From Macrostomum lignano (taxonomy: Eukaryota): DNA of 64,000 nt. Shown piece after piece: positions 12,040 to 26,600 of this stretch (its first letter is position 1; each line of letters starts with the position of its first letter). The stretch covers positions 1-64,000 of the forward strand of contig NIVC01003680.1 of assembly GCA_002269645.1 (NCBI GenBank). Reading direction: 5' to 3'. A model generated the notes under the pieces. That model searched no databases, was not told where the DNA came from, and was given only the letters and a program-made list of their open reading frames with translations. Position numbers and translations under genes: made by a program.

Positions 12040-14270
12040 GGGATGCTTCAGTGCCGGAGTGTTCAGATGCTTCAGTGCGGAGTGTTCAGATACCTCAGTG
12101 CCTGAGTGTTCAGATACTTCAGTGCCTACTTCAGTGCCTGAGTTTCAGATACTTCAGTGCCTGAGTGTTCAGATACTTCAGTGCCTGAGTGTTCAGATAC
12201 TTCAGTGCCTGAGTGCTCAGATACTTCAGTGCCTGAGGTTCACATACTTCAGTGCCTGAGTGTTCAGATACTTCAGTGCCTGAGTGTTCAGATACTTCAG
12301 TGCCTGAGTGTTCAGATACTTCAGTGCCTGAGTGTTCAGATACTTCAGTGCCTGAGTGTTCAGAAACTTCAGTGCCTGAGTGTTCAGATAATTCAGTGCT
12401 TGAGGGTTCAGATACTTCAGTGCCTGAGTGTTCAGATACTTCAGTGCCTGAGTGTTCAGATACTTCAGTGCCTGAGTGTTCAGATACTTCAGTGCCTGAG
12501 TGTTCAGATACTTCAGTGCCTGAGTGTTCAGATACTTCAGTGCCTGAGTGTTCAGAAACTTCAGTGCCTGAGTGTTCAGATAATTCAGTGCTTGAGGGTT
12601 CAGATACTTCAGTGCCTGAGTGTTCAGATACTTCAGTGCCTGAGTGTTCAGATACTTCAGTGCCTGAGTGTTCAGATACTTCAGTGCCTGAGTGTTCAGA
12701 TACCTCAGTGCCTGAGTGTTCAGATACCTCAGTGCCTGAGTGTTCAGATACTTCAGTGCCTGAGTGTTCAGATACTTCAGTGCCTGAGTGTTCAGATACT
12801 TCAGTGCCTGAGTGTTCAGATACTTCAGTGCCTGAGTGTTCAGATACTTCAGTGCCTGAGTGTTCAGAAACTTCAGTGCCTGAGTGTTCAGATAATTCAG
12901 TGCTTGAGGGTTCAGATACTTCAGTGCCTGAGTGTTCAGATACTTCAGTGCCTGAGTGTTCAGATACTTCAGTGCCTGAGTGTTCAGATACTTCAGTGCC
13001 TGAGTGTTCAGATACCTCAGTGCCTGAGTGTTCAGATACCTCAGTGCCTGAGTGTTCAGATACTTCAGTGCCTGAGTGTTCAGACACTTCAGTGCCTGAG
13101 TGCTCAGATACTTCAGTGCCTAAGGGTTCAGATACCTCAGTGCCTGAGGGTTCAGATACTTCAGTGCTGAGGGTTCAGATACTTCAGTGCCTGAGTGTTC
13201 AGATACTTCAGTGCCTGAGGGTTCAGAAACTTCAGTGCCTGAGTGTTCAGAAACTTCAGTGCCTGAGTGTTCAGATACTTCAGTGCCTGAGTGTTCAGAT
13301 ACCTCAGTGCCTGAGTGTTCAGATACTTCAGTGCCTGAGTGTTCAGATACTTCAGCGCCTGAGTGTTCAGATACCTCAGTGCCTGAGTGTTCAGATACTT
13401 CAGTGCCTGAGTGTTCAGATACTTCAGTGCCTGAGTGTTCAGATACCTCAGTGCCTGAGTGTTCAGATACTTCAGTGCCTGAGTGTTCAGATACCTCAGT
13501 GCCTGAGTGTTCAGATACCTCAGTGCCTGAGTGTTCAGATACCTCAGTGCCTGAGTGTTCAGATACTTCAGTGCCTGAGTGTTCAGATACTTCAGTGCCT
13601 GAGTGTTCAGATACTTCAGTGCCTGAGTGTTCAGATACTTCAGTGCCTGAGTGTTCAGATACTTCAGTGCCTGAGTGTTCAGATACTTCAGTGCCTGAGG
13701 GTTCAGATACTTCAGTGCCTGAGTGTTCAGATACTTCAGTGCCTGAGTGTTCAGATACTTCAGTGCCTGAGTGTTCAGATACTTCAGTGCCTGAGTTTTC
13801 AGATACTTCAGTGCCTGATGGTTCAGATACTTCAGTGCCTGAGTGTTCAGATACTTCAGTGCCTGATGGTTCAGATACTTCAGTGCCTGAGTGTTCAGAT
13901 ACTTCAGTGCCTGAGGGTTCAGATACCTCAGTGCCTGAGTGTTCAGATACTTCAGTGCCTGAATGCTCAGATACTTCAGTGCCTGAGGGTTCAGATACTT
14001 CAGTGCCTGAGTGTTCAGATACTTCAGTGCCTGAGAGTTCAGATACTTCAGTGCCTGAGTGTTCAGAAACTTCAGTGCCTGAGTGTTCAGATGCTTCAGT
14101 GCCTGAGTGTTCAGATACTTCAGTGCCTGAGTGTTCAGATACCTCAGTGCCTGAGGTTCAGATACCTCAGTGCCTGAGTGTTCAGATACCTCAGTGCCTG
14201 AGGGTTCAGATACCTCAGTGCCTGAGTGTTCAGATACCTCAGTGCCTGAGGGTTCAGATACCTCAGTGCC
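12040..14270. repeat. 24-bp minisatellite (cagtgcctgagtgttcagatactt)n
   Basis: Roughly 90 tandem units, intronic. Confidence 0.97.
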
Positions 14271-15089
14271 TTGTCCATTCCCAAGTGTCAGGCGGCGTGT
14301 CCAGTGCCCAGCATTCATTCAGTTCCGAAATGTTCGCACAATCCAGCTTAGACATTTAAAAAAAGTTCCTCAAATATTAAGCTGACAAATTCCTAGCTAA
14401 AGTAATAGGAATAAGAAGGCCAGAGTTGTAGGGGGGATTTTCTTCCCTTGCATGCCAGGCCAGACAAGGCAGCAGTGGATGGCGGGCGGCAGCTGGTTTA
14501 CATGGCCCAGACAGAGACGGGCATGGGTGATTTGAATCCACCGCTGCTCTGCTCCCCTCATCAACCAGCCCTGATCTGGAGAGGATTATCTAAGCTTGAA
14601 AAATCCAAGCCTACAGTTTATAGGCAATTAAAATGACAACAGAGCTGCTCATTCGTCACTTTCTTATCTGCAATTCATCCCTCAACAGTCCATAAAAAAG
14701 GTCCTCATAAATTTTCTATAAAAGTACAGATCGTACTCTGAAATAAAGTCACGTGACTTGCTGGCTCTCCTACTCGGGCGGGCACAGGCAACCAATCATA
14801 ACTAATCAAGATTAATGAAGTCAATTAAATTTTCTCTTGTCTGTTTCGAGTCTCAGCTCAAGTATTCTTTTATAAGAAAAAGCATAGAAAGCATCACCAT
14901 ATGCCCGTGAGCTGAGTTCAGTACTCAATATCAACTTGATTTGTATAACTGCTTGCTTTAAAAAGGTATAGTATTTCTAGCTCGTAGAGCAATTGCAGAA
15001 TCGTTATTATCTTCATTATCGTTTGCAAAAGAATCAAAATTTGTTTCCTCTTAAGATCATCTTTAATTTTCATTTCCTTCCCTGTTCCT

Positions 15090-16460
15090 CTCACTACCCG
15101 CTCCTCTTCCTCACTGTTCCTCTTCCTCACTGTTCCTCTTCCTCACTGTTCCTCTTCCTCACTGTTCCTCTTCCTCACTGTTCCTCTTCCTCACTGTTCC
15201 TCTTCCTCACTGTTCCTCTTCCTCACTGTTCCTCTCCCTATCCGCCCCCCCTTTCTCACTGTTCCTCTCCCTACCCGCCCCCCTTCCTCACTTTTCCTCT
15301 CCCTACCCGCTCCTCTTCCTCACTGTTCCTCTCCCTACCCGCTCCTCTTCCTCACTGTTCCTCTTCCTCACTGTTCCTCTTCCTCACTGTTCCTCTCCCT
15401 ATCCGCCCCCCCTTTCTCACTGTTCCTCTCCCTACCCGCCCCCCCCTTCCTCACTTTTCCTCTCCCTACCCGCTCCTCTTCCTCACTGTTCCTCTCCCTA
15501 CCCGCTCCTCTTCCTCACTGTTCCTCTCCCTACCCGCTCCTCTTCCTCACTGTTCCACTCACTACCCGCTCCCCTTCCTACCTTTTCCTCTCCCTACCCG
15601 CTCCCCTTCCTACCTTTTCCTCTCCCTACCCGCTCCCTTCCTACCTGTTACTCTCCCTACCCGCTCCCCTTCCTACCTGTTCCTCTTCCTACCCGCTTCT
15701 CTTCCTCACTGTTCCTCTCCCTACCCGCCCCTTCCTCACTGTTCCTCTCCCTACCCGCTCCTCTTCCTCACTGTTCCTCTCCCTACCCGCTCCTCTTCCT
15801 CACTGTTCCTCTCCCTACCCGCTCCTCTTCCTCACTGTTCCTCTCCCTACCCGCTCCTCTTCCTCACTGTTCCTCTCCCTACCCGCTCCTCTTCCTCACT
15901 GTTCCTCTCCCTACCCGCCCCCTTCCTCCCTGTTCCTCTCCCTACCCGCTCCCCTTCCTACCTTTTCCTCTCCCTACCCGCTCCCCTTCCTCACTGTTCC
16001 TCTCCCTACCCGCCCCTTCCTCACTGTTCCTCTCCCTACCCGCTCCCCTTCCTACCTTTTCCTCTTCCTACCCGCTCCTCTTCCTCACTGTTCCTCTTCC
16101 TCACTGTTCCTCTTCCTCACTGTTCCTCTCCCTACCCGCCCCTTCCTCACTGTTCCTCTCCCTACCCGCTTCCTTCATACCTGTTCCTCTCCCTACCCGC
16201 TCCCCTTCATACCTTTTCCTCTCCCTACCCGCTTCCTTCATACCTGTTCCTCTCACTACCCGCTCCTCTTCCTCACTGTTCCTCTCCCTACCCGCTCCCC
16301 TTCCTCACTGTTCCTCTCCCTACCCGCTTCCTTCATACCTGTTCCTCTCCCTACCCGCTCCCCTTCATACCTTTTCCTCTCCCTACCCGCTTCCTTCATA
16401 CCTGTTCCTCTCACTACCCGCTCCTCTCCCTCAGTTCCTCTCCCTACCCGCTTCCTTTCC
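15090..16460. repeat. CT-rich compound minisatellite (ttcctctccctacccgctcctcttcctcactg)n
   Basis: Tandem units visible. Confidence 0.93.
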
Positions 16461-16535
16461 AGATTCTATCAACATTTCAGAAAAACTACACAGTAAAAGA
16501 GCAGACCAAAGCAAACAGTCAGCAGCTCAGCCCAC

Positions 16536-16768
16536 CTGCAGATAGGTGACATCGTTAAACCGCGGGTCAGACGGATCGTAGTCGCCAATCTCCGACTGCA
16601 CAACGTAACTGCCGAGCACTATATAGGTAGTAAACGAGCAGGGCAAAATGTCGGCCATAAGATTCTGGCGAATCTGCAGCGCCATGTAGTACCGGGTGAG
16701 ATTGTCGCGCAGATTCTCCGGATCTGGCGGATAGAATTTCACCATGAACTCCAGCTTCCATTCGTTCT
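16536..16768 (-). CDS. FERM-SPRY locus exon: FERM A/B lobe
   Basis: ctcag|AG AAC, CAG|gtggg. EWKLEFMVKFYPPDPENLRDNLTRYYMALQIRQ..LPCSFTTYIVLGSYVVQSEIGDYDP. Confidence 0.95.
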
Positions 16769-16889
16769 CTGAGCGATGGGGCGTTGACAGGCGTTTGAAT
16801 CAGTATGGTTAACGATGAGTAATAGGGCTATATATGGACATATACGACTATAATTATTCTGTAAGGTTTGCAAGTGATTCTCTAGTGAG

Positions 16890-17470
16890 GCTTATAGACG
16901 ATTCTCAGATAGGGCTTATAGGCGATTCCAAGATACTCGTAGGGCTTATAGGCGATTTCCAGATGGGGCTTATAGACGATTCCCAGATAGGGCTTATAGA
17001 CGATTTCCAGATAGGGCTTATAGGCGATTTCCAGATAGGGCTTATAGGCGATTTCCAGATAGGGCTTATAGACGATTCCCAGATAGGGCTTATAGACGAT
17101 TTCCAGATAGGGCTTATAGACGATTCCCAGATAGGGCTTATAGACGATTCCCAGATAGGGCTTATAGACGATTCCCAGATAGGGCTTATAGACGATTCCC
17201 AGATAGGGCTTATAGACGATTCCCAGATAGGGCTTATAGACGATTCCCAGATAGGGCTTATAGACGATTCCCAGATAGGGCTTATAGACGATTCCCAGAT
17301 AGGGCTTATAGACGATTCCCAGATAGGGCTTATAGACGATTCCCAGATAGGGCTTATAGACGATTCCCAGATAGGGCTTATAGACGATTCCCAGATAGGG
17401 CTTATAGACGATTCCCAGATAGGGCTTATAGACGATTCCCAGATAGGGCTTATAGACGATTATCTTATAG
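16890..17470. repeat. 24-bp minisatellite (tcccagatagggcttatagacgat)n
   Basis: Tandem units visible. Confidence 0.95.
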
Positions 17471-18149
17471 GGCTTACAAGCTTATCACGCAATTCTCCAT
17501 CATAGACACACAAACGCAATATTATTAAGTACAACACTATTTCTGACAAGCACCTAACCATTATTCATCACCTGAACTCTAAGGCTTAAGGCAGGTGAAG
17601 ACTAAGCAATTGAGATAAAAAATACATAAAATTTCCCCAAATCCTGGGCATAAATCGCATTAGGATCAGATGATGCGTCATCGCTGAACTTGAAACCCCA
17701 TTGCCAAGGGTATAGTAAATATCAGGTAAGAAGGCATTCGATTCCCCTATACCTACTACTGCTTTCGATCCTACCGCCGCCAGCCTAGTAACCATGGCAA
17801 CAACAATATTGCGGTTTTGAAAAGGCCAAGAATTTGCCCCGCTCCCACTCAAGAGGATTTTTCTAATGAAATAATCGGATAGGGATATCCTTGAGGGAAG
17901 AAAATCAGGGGTTGGGGGCGAAATTCTGCTTCGAATCCTATCCACACCTGCCAAATGTTTTTGCGTAATGCGCTGCGGGCCCAGCTTCCCACAGCTCCAT
18001 CATCTGCTGCAGCAGGTTTCCCGGAATATGGCTTCGCATCCGCACCGAATTCCGACTTTTTGAAGTTTATGGTTTTTATTGGAATTGTGCCTGCTTTTGT
18101 TAGACTCTGAACTTCGATAAGCTTGACACTAAGATATCGAAAATTCACA

Positions 18150-19700
18150 AGCTCCATAATTCACAAGCGCGATAATTCACAAGCTCGATAATTCACAAGC
18201 TTGATAATTCACAAGCTCGATAATTCACAAGCTTGATAATTCATAAGCTTGATAATTCACAAGCTCGATAATTCACAAGCTTGATAATTTACAAGCTCGA
18301 TAATTCACAAGCTTGATAATTCATAAGCTTGATAATTCACAAGCTCGATAATTCACAAGCTCGATAATTCACAAGCTTGATAATTTATCACAAGCTCGAT
18401 AATTCACAAGCTTGATAATTCACAAGCTCGATAATTTATCACAAGCTCGATAATTCACAAGCTCGATAATTCACAAGCGCGATAATTCACAATCTCGAAA
18501 ATTCACAAGCTCCATAATTCACAAGCGCGATAATTCACAAGCTCGATAATTCACAAGCTCGATAATTTACAAGCTCGATAATTCACAAGCTTGATAATTC
18601 ACAAGCTTGATAATTTATCACAAGCTCGATAATTCACAAGCTTGATAATTCACAAGCTCGATAATTTATCACAAGCTCGATAATTCACAAGCTCGATAAT
18701 TCACAAGCGCGATAATTCACAAGCTCGATAACTCACAAGCTCGATAATTCACAAGCGCGATAATTCACAAGCTCGATAATTCACAAGCTTAATAACTCAC
18801 AAGCTCGATAATTCACAAGCTTGATAATTTACAAGCTCGATAATTCACAAGCTTGATAATTCACAAGCTCGATAATTTATCACAAGCTCGATAATTCACA
18901 AGCTCGATAATTCACAAGCGCGATAATTCACAAGCTCGATAATTCACAAGCTCGATAATTCACAAGCTCGATAATTCACGAGCGCGATAATTCTCAAGCG
19001 CGATGATTCACAAGCTCGATAATTCACAAGCTCGATAATTCACAAGCGCGATAATTGACAAGCTCGATAATTCACAAGCGCGATAATTCTCAAGCGCGAT
19101 GATTCACAAGCGCGATAATTCACAAGCTCGATAATTCACGAGCGCGATAATTCTCAAGCGCGATGATTCACAAGCTCGATAATTCACAAGCTCGATAATT
19201 CACAAGCGCGATAATTGACAAGCTCGATAATTCACAAGCGTGATAATTCTCAAGCGCGATGATTCACAAGCTCGATAATTCACAAGCTCGATAATTCACA
19301 AGCGCGATAATTGACAAGCTCGATAATTCACAAGCGCGATAATTCACAAGCTCGATAATTTATCACAAGCTCGATAATTCACAAGCTTGATAATTCACAA
19401 GCTCGATAATTTATTACAAGCTCGATAATTCACAAGCTCGATAATTCACAAGCGCGATAATTCACAAGCTCGATAATTCACAAGCGCGATAATTCACAAG
19501 CTTGATAATTTATCACAAGCTCGATAATTCACAAGCTTGATAATTCACAAGCTCGATAATTTATTACAAGCTCGATAATTCACAAGCTCGATAATTCAGA
19601 AGCGCGATAATTCACAAGCTCGATAATTCACAAGCTCGATAATTCACAAGCGCGATAATTCACAAGCTCGATAATTCATCACAAGCTCGATAATTCATTC
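18150..19700. repeat. 16-bp minisatellite (aagctcgataattcac)n
   Basis: Tandem units visible. Confidence 0.95.
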
Positions 19701-20149
19701 AAAATACGACTAAAATAGACTAGTCGGGCTCAACTCTTTGAGATGGCAGACAACTTGTACAGTGCATCCCATAAATGAAGCATGAAACTGCATAGCAACT
19801 GGCTGGGCCGCTAGGATATGAGAGATATGTTCAAGTTACAGTGGGCCTAGGAGCACACAGTTCGAAATTCAAGTGGCGGAGAGGCTGCGCGAGGGTACAA
19901 ATTGCAGATTGCATACACCAGTGCCGAAAAGCTAACACTTAAAGATCAGCAAAGCAGGCCTCTTCTTTGCTTATACAAGCTATTCTACATGTGCAGTCAC
20001 TCAGATAGCGTGAGAATCTTTGCCACCACCAGTTTTGCTACCGATGTCGCACTGTAAATTTACTATTTGCAGTTGTTGAAGTTATAAAATCCTTGATTCC
20101 ATGCGCGGCTACAATAAATTTTTGAGTCTTGTAGCTCGTAGACTGACTA

Positions 20150-20720
<571 letters not shown>

Positions 20721-21207
20721 ACTAACTAGCTAATATTAAGTTAGCTAATAATAGAACTAATATGGATTAGTCAAAAAGTCAATATCCGCTAATACTATAT
20801 AATCCTAAATGCATATGCTCATAAGCAAAATAAGCCATGTATTACGTGGCCCTGTGTGCGCGTGTCTAACTTGGCATTAGAAAGTGATGGATGCGGAATA
20901 TGCATGCACCGCCATATCCATAAAGGAACTACTAAACTGAAGGGCTGCATCCACTAACTAGGCCAGATATGCGCGCCCCCACTGCATGGACCGCACACTA
21001 TGTATACACAGGTCATGTAGGATTAGGCAGGGACTAATTAAAGGGGAAAATGCTAGCAGCGGAGAGGAAGGATCCTGATGGTGATGCCGTAAATGCGCCA
21101 AACTGAATCCCAGGTGACACACGTGGGTCCCAATGGAATTTTGCAAGCATTCGTAAACAGAAAAATGGGTTTTGAATAATAAAAGAAGGAAATGACGAGC
21201 TGCTTAC

Positions 21208-21250
21208 TGCCAATCTGCTTGTTCAGCCGTCTGTCATTGTAGAGCCAGTG
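21208..21250 (-). CDS. FERM-SPRY locus 43-bp micro-exon (HWLYNDRRLNKQIG)
   Basis: ttttcag|CAC TGG, GGC A|gtaagc. Supplies the conserved FERM WL..K.I.KQI segment; phases fit both neighbours. Confidence 0.9.
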
Positions 21251-21469
21251 CTGAAAATTGGAAAAGCAAAAGAAGTGCTTTTAATAAATTAATATTTTAT
21301 TGGGTGCGACAGCGTCAGTATATCTTTGAATATTTTACCCTGTAGAAGATATGCTTCACGATCGAATCTTAATAGGAATATTCTCGAATCTCAACCAGGA
21401 GATGCTCTAGTGTGTGAGGGAATTTCTTAGAGTTGTAAATCTCAGTGTACAATCTCATTGTAAATCTAC

Positions 21470-22270
21470 AAACCTCAGCGTGGGGGGGTTTCCCAGAGTG
21501 GTAAATCCATGTGTGGGGGATTTCCCAGACTGGTAAATCTCCGTGTGGGGGAATTCCCCAGACTGGTAAATCTCCGTGTGGGGGAATTCCCCAGACTGGT
21601 AAATCTCAGTGTGTGGGGGAATTCCCCAGACTGGTAAATCTCCATGTGTGGGGGAATTTCCCAGACTGGTAAATCTCCGTGTGGGGGAATTCCCCAGACT
21701 GATAAACTTCAGTGTATGGGGGGGATTTCCCAAAGCGGTAAATCTCAGTGTGTGGGGGAATTTCCCAGACTGGTAAATCTCCGTGTGTGGGGGAATTTCC
21801 CAGACTGGTAAATCTCAGTGTGTGGGGGAATTTCGCAGACTGGTAAATCTCCGTGTGGGGGAATTCCCCAGACTGGTAAATCTCAGTGTGTGGGGGAATT
21901 TCCCAGAGCGGTAAATCTCAGTGTGTGGGGGAATTTCCCAGAGCGGTAAATCTCAGTGTGTGGGGGAATTTTCCAGAGTGGTAAATCTCAGTGTGTGGGG
22001 GAATTTCCCAGAGCGGTAAATCTCAGTGTGTATGGGGGGATTTCCCAGAGCGGTAAATCTCAGTGTGTGGGGGAATTTCCCAGAGCGGTAAATCTCAGTG
22101 TGTGGGAGAATTTCCCAGAGCGGTAAATCTCAGTGTGTATGGGGGGATTTCCCAGAGCGGTAAATCTCAGTGTGTGGGGGAATTTCCCAGAGCGGTAAAT
22201 CTCAGTGTGTGGGGGAATTTCCCAGAGCGGTAAATCTCAGTGTGTATGGGGGGATTTCCCAGAGTGGTAA
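21470..22270. repeat. ~33-35-bp minisatellite (gtaaatctcagtgtgtgggggaatttcccagagcg)n
   Basis: Tandem units with an internal palindrome gggaatttccc. Confidence 0.93.
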
Positions 22271-22949
22271 ATCTTAGTGCCCGCTATCTGAAGCCCTGGG
22301 AATCATCCCAGCGAGCCAATGAATAACCCCCGGCAAACAATGGGCGAATCCCACCTACCAATATCCGGTCAGATTAATAATATTCCTCATCAACTCAAAT
22401 TCTTTTTGAGCCCGCCCCCGCGCCACCTGACAGCCAATATAATTATCTCACACCTCTATTAGGCCAGAAAAATCCCACCAGGAAGTCAGCGTTGCTCGCG
22501 CTGGGCTTAAAAAATGCTCGAATAAAAAGGAAGAAAAACTGAGGCCAGGAAATATGTATATATATTTCCGCATATATATATATGCGGTCAGGGGTCACGT
22601 GACCTGCAGCTGGGTTGGCCTCATCAGGGGAGATTGGGCGGCTTGAGGCAGAGTTTTGGGGGAGTTTTCCCGTTAATTGGCAATCACGGTGGAGAAAGAG
22701 AGGAATGGAAAAAAGTTCAAAAGAGGGGGACCAGAGGGCAGTGGCGAGAGGGTTTCTCTGCTTCTTTCCTTCCCCGCCAATGGCGCTCGTCAATCTATTA
22801 TAGAACCAACTCCCAAAAATATCGCATTGAAAGTGCCGCCAGATCTGTCCGTTTCCTTTTTACAGTCCGTTTGCTCAGATAGAGGGAGATTATGTACTTT
22901 TGCATGGACCAGAAATAAAAATTAATTTGGAAACCCGAGGGAGCGCAGG

Positions 22950-23630
22950 AGGGCGCCAGAGTGGGTATGGAAGAGGCGCCAGGAGGAGTATGGAAGGGGG
23001 CGCCAGAGTGGGTATGGAAGAGGCGCCAGGAGGGGTATGGAAGGGGGCGCCAGAGTGGGTATGGAAGAGGCGCCAGGAGGAGTATGGAAGGGGGCGCCAG
23101 AGTGGGTATGGAAGAGGCGCCAGGAGGAGTATGGAAGGGGGCGCCAGGGTGGATATGGAAGAGGCGCCAGGAGGAGTATGGAAGGGGGCGCCAGGGTGGA
23201 TATGGAAGAGGCGCCAGGGTGGGTATCGAAGGGGGCGCCAGGGTGGGTATCGAAGGGGGCGCCACGGTGGGTATCGAAGGGGGCGCCAGGGTGGGTATCG
23301 AAGGGGGCGCCAGGGTGGGTATCGAAGGGGGCACCAAACGGACACCAATGGGGCGCCAGGATGGGTATCAAAGGGAGCGCCAAAGAGACAAGAGGGCGCC
23401 AGGATGGGTATGGAAGGGGGCGCCAGGGTGGGTATAAAAGGGGCGCCAGGGTGGGTATCGAAGGGGGCGCCAAACAGACAAGACGGCGCCAGGATGGGTG
23501 TGGAAGGGGCGTCAAACGGACACTAATAGGGCGCCAGGAAGGGAGCAGAAGGAGGCGCTAAGGCATGGGAAGATGGCGCCAAGAAGGGCTATAAAGGACA
23601 CCAGAAAGGGAGCGGAGGGAGGCGCCAGAA
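22950..23630. repeat. GC-rich compound minisatellite (ggcgccagg..gtatggaag)n
   Basis: Tandem units visible. Confidence 0.9.
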
Positions 23631-23697
23631 AATGTGCGGAAGGAAGGATGCAAAGCAAATGTACTATTATATAGTTAACAAGCAATGCCCAACTCAC

Positions 23698-23802
23698 AAA
23701 AATGTGCGTAGAGTCCCGATAGCACAGGCCGAAGTATTCTTTCTCGCGCAGACAGAGAAACTTGCAGGTCTCGTCGAACAAATCCTGCGCTTTGGAGGCC
23801 GG
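23698..23802 (-). CDS. FERM-SPRY locus exon: FERM N lobe
   Basis: cgcag|CCG, TTT|gtgag. PASKAQDLFDETCKFLCLREKEYFGLCYRDSTHIF (35 codons). Confidence 0.93.
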
Positions 23803-23960
23803 CTGCGATCAAATAGAAAGAAGAAGAGGGCAAGAAAAAATCCATCAATGAAATATTGGGTAAACGGAAATAGATCAATTTCCTGGGAAACTTCTTTTGT
23901 TAAATTAGGCAATCCAAAAAAGTGCATACTGAATAATTAGAAAAGCATTTTATTGCTCAC

Positions 23961-24311
23961 GTCAACTTCAAAGGAATTAACCGATCCGTCCAGCATCACA
24001 ACCAGGCACTCGCGCATCTTCACCGAACCCAGGCGCCGAATGCCGCCGCCGCCTCCCTCTGACTGCCTCTGCAGTGTCGGCTGCATAGTGGCGCCCTGGT
24101 CGCGCAGTGTGTAATAATCTCGCTTGGAGATCGTGTCCGCCTCGCCGACTCGGCTATCGCTGTGAGGCAGCACCTGCTGCTGCTGCTGCTGCGGAGGCGG
24201 CTGCTGAGGCTGAGGATGACGAGGCTGCACTTCTTCAGTGTCATTTTCTGTGGCCTGAGCTGCCTGAACAGCGGGTTCGCTACTGCCGCTGGCCTGAAGC
24301 TGGGGTTCCTC
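23961..24311 (-). CDS. FERM-SPRY locus exon: Gln/Pro-rich N-terminus and start of FERM
   Basis: cccag|GAG GAA, GAC|gtgag; 117 codons ending MRECLVVMLDGSVNSFEVD. Confidence 0.88.
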
Positions 24312-26329
24312 CTGGGATGCAGAACATTGAAATTAAATCAATTATAAAAAGTTATAAAATATGGCTTAATTATCATACCGAAAAAAATCTCTATAAACTT
24401 TTTGCTTTTAGCCACTATTATCTACATGTATGACTATATCTCTACTTAATTTCAAAATCTGTCTATAAAAAATTAAAGGTTGGATAAGATCCAAATTTCT
24501 AGTCCTATTGTTGTATTGGGATCCAAATCTAGACAATTTAGCTCTTATCCAACTTACTCTTAGCTATTATTATTACTATCATGAATTGTATCTCTATAAA
24601 TAATTGATGTTTCTTGAGATAATTCTTGTTAAAAAATTCTTATTAAATCAAGTCCAATTAGTGATTCAGCTAGGATATAAAGATCTAATTGGTCATAGTA
24701 TCAATTTATTATATGAATCTATATAAGACAAAGAAAAAAAGGGTTTCAAACTAAAAGCAACCCATTATATGGTTAGCTTATTTAATAGTCTCAATTTGTT
24801 TATAGCAATTACCTTTATAATATATTCATTATATATTTCTTGTCAATATTATCAGAAGACTATCATAAGATATATCCTTATAAATATAAGATATAAGCTT
24901 AAGTTAATGTTTGTCTTATTAATATTCTTTAGTTTTGCATTACAAATCAAATAAATTTTTATGAACTAAATTGTTATTGGTATATTCCAATAAATATAAG
25001 ATAGAATATTAGTTTGATTTAAATATAGCATAATTCAAATATTTTTTTCATTTGAAAAATATCTCTATTTAATAAAATTATCATTTCCATTGATTGTAAA
25101 AAATCTAAATTCAATGATTGAAATTTGGAATACATTTTTTTCTATCAATATGGTAACTATTTAAGCAATTTGGCTACAATATTTTTTGAATTGAATAGTA
25201 TTTTGTACTAATAAATTCCCAAAGATATTCATAGAGTCACTTGAACAAAAACTTTTTTCAAAAGCAATTTTAACATAAAAATTTTACGATAATAATTATT
25301 TTGATAGAAAATGTTCAATTATAAACTGAATCCTCTAATTAATAGAGCACCTTAAAGATTGCAAAATTCTTATTTAAACTTCACCTTTATAGTTAGTTCA
25401 ATAGTTAGAAAGGAGGTTCAATTCCTATGAACTTAAATTTATTGCAAAAAATATTCATTTAAATTATCAAACAAGCGACAAGTGCTTCTTAGGTAATGAT
25501 CAAGTATAATAACAAGTATCAAGTAAGGTATTGGTTAATTAATAAAAGTTATTTTATTTATTTGTTATTTGAATCAACCAAAGCAAATTTAAAGAACTAA
25601 TTAAAATGAACTAAATTAACTGAAACCTAATTATGATTTAGGCGCCTGATTTTGATTCCTCCCCCCCCACTTCAAACCCTCGGGAAGAAGCATTGTATTG
25701 TGTTTAAATACGACTTTAAATTGTGAATAATTTGCTGACGATAAAAAATTATTTGAATTTTTAAACATTCTGCAATAGTAATATTGCAAAATCTAGAAAC
25801 CTTCTAGAAATAAAAAGCCCCACGCCCTAGACTAGCTCGGTATTGGCGAGAATTAAAATATCTTTCGAGGAAAAAAACAGATTTTCAAATTATCTGATTT
25901 TTGCGAGTTATCACTTTATTGTCGTAAATTACGATGCTAAATAAAGGTTACCAAAATCTTCGTCACACCTGACCTTGTCGCACAAATAGTATTAGCAGCT
26001 CGTAATGGGTACTATTATTACTACTAAGCTACATTTTGTAATACGCTCGTAGTATTAGTTGTTATTATGTTCACCACAACTCCTTAAATAGGCCTTTTTA
26101 AAACACTAACTAGTGTGCAGTGTAAGGATTCATCATTTTCGCCTGTTTTATTTCAATCAGGTAGGAGTCCTAAATACAGAAGGACTGAATAATTTCTTAT
26201 TTTCTTTATTTAATTTACTTTTGCTGATTAAACATTTTTTTATTAGAGGCAGGGGGGTTGTGTGCACCCTGGCGCACTTTAAGCGACATTGGCACACAAC
26301 CGGCGAGAGGCATTACTGCCCATTCCGCC

Positions 26330-26600
26330 GACTCCCCTGAGCAGGCATACAAGCGCGCGGATACGTACGCAGGCACACACTCACACAGGAGTGTACAGCG
26401 GCCCTAACTTTATATTATCGTTAGGCATGTACACTTCACTGCGCCTTGGGGGGGTTGGCCCTCAAGGCCGTTAATTGCACGAGCAGAGCCAAGCCGAGAT
26501 TCCAATTCAGCCCCAAATTAATGTGACTGCACTTGGAATCGAGCCTGGGTCGCTTCGCTGGCACACCAGAGCAGCTGCGCTACCGCTGGGCTACGGCCCC
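26330..26600 (-). mobile_element. tRNA-derived SINE copy
   Basis: Reverse strand has A-box TAGCCCAGCGG and B-box GGCTCGATTCC; body gccgctgtacactcctgtgtgag..ctcagggg is shared with the copy at 60.0-60.2 kb. Confidence 0.65.

Noticed and set aside
12131-14359. Long ORFs (PECSDTSV)n, (SEHSGTEV)n, (QILQCLSV)n up to 641 aa
   Set aside because: Stop-free translations of a 24-bp intronic minisatellite lying between phase-matched FERM exons
14993-16549. 518-aa Pro/Leu/Ser-rich ORF
   Set aside because: Translation of a CT-rich repeat, antisense to the FERM intron
17586-18157. Minus-strand ORFs of 102-122 aa in the FERM intron
   Set aside because: No recognisable motif, and not needed for FERM continuity once the 43-bp micro-exon is used
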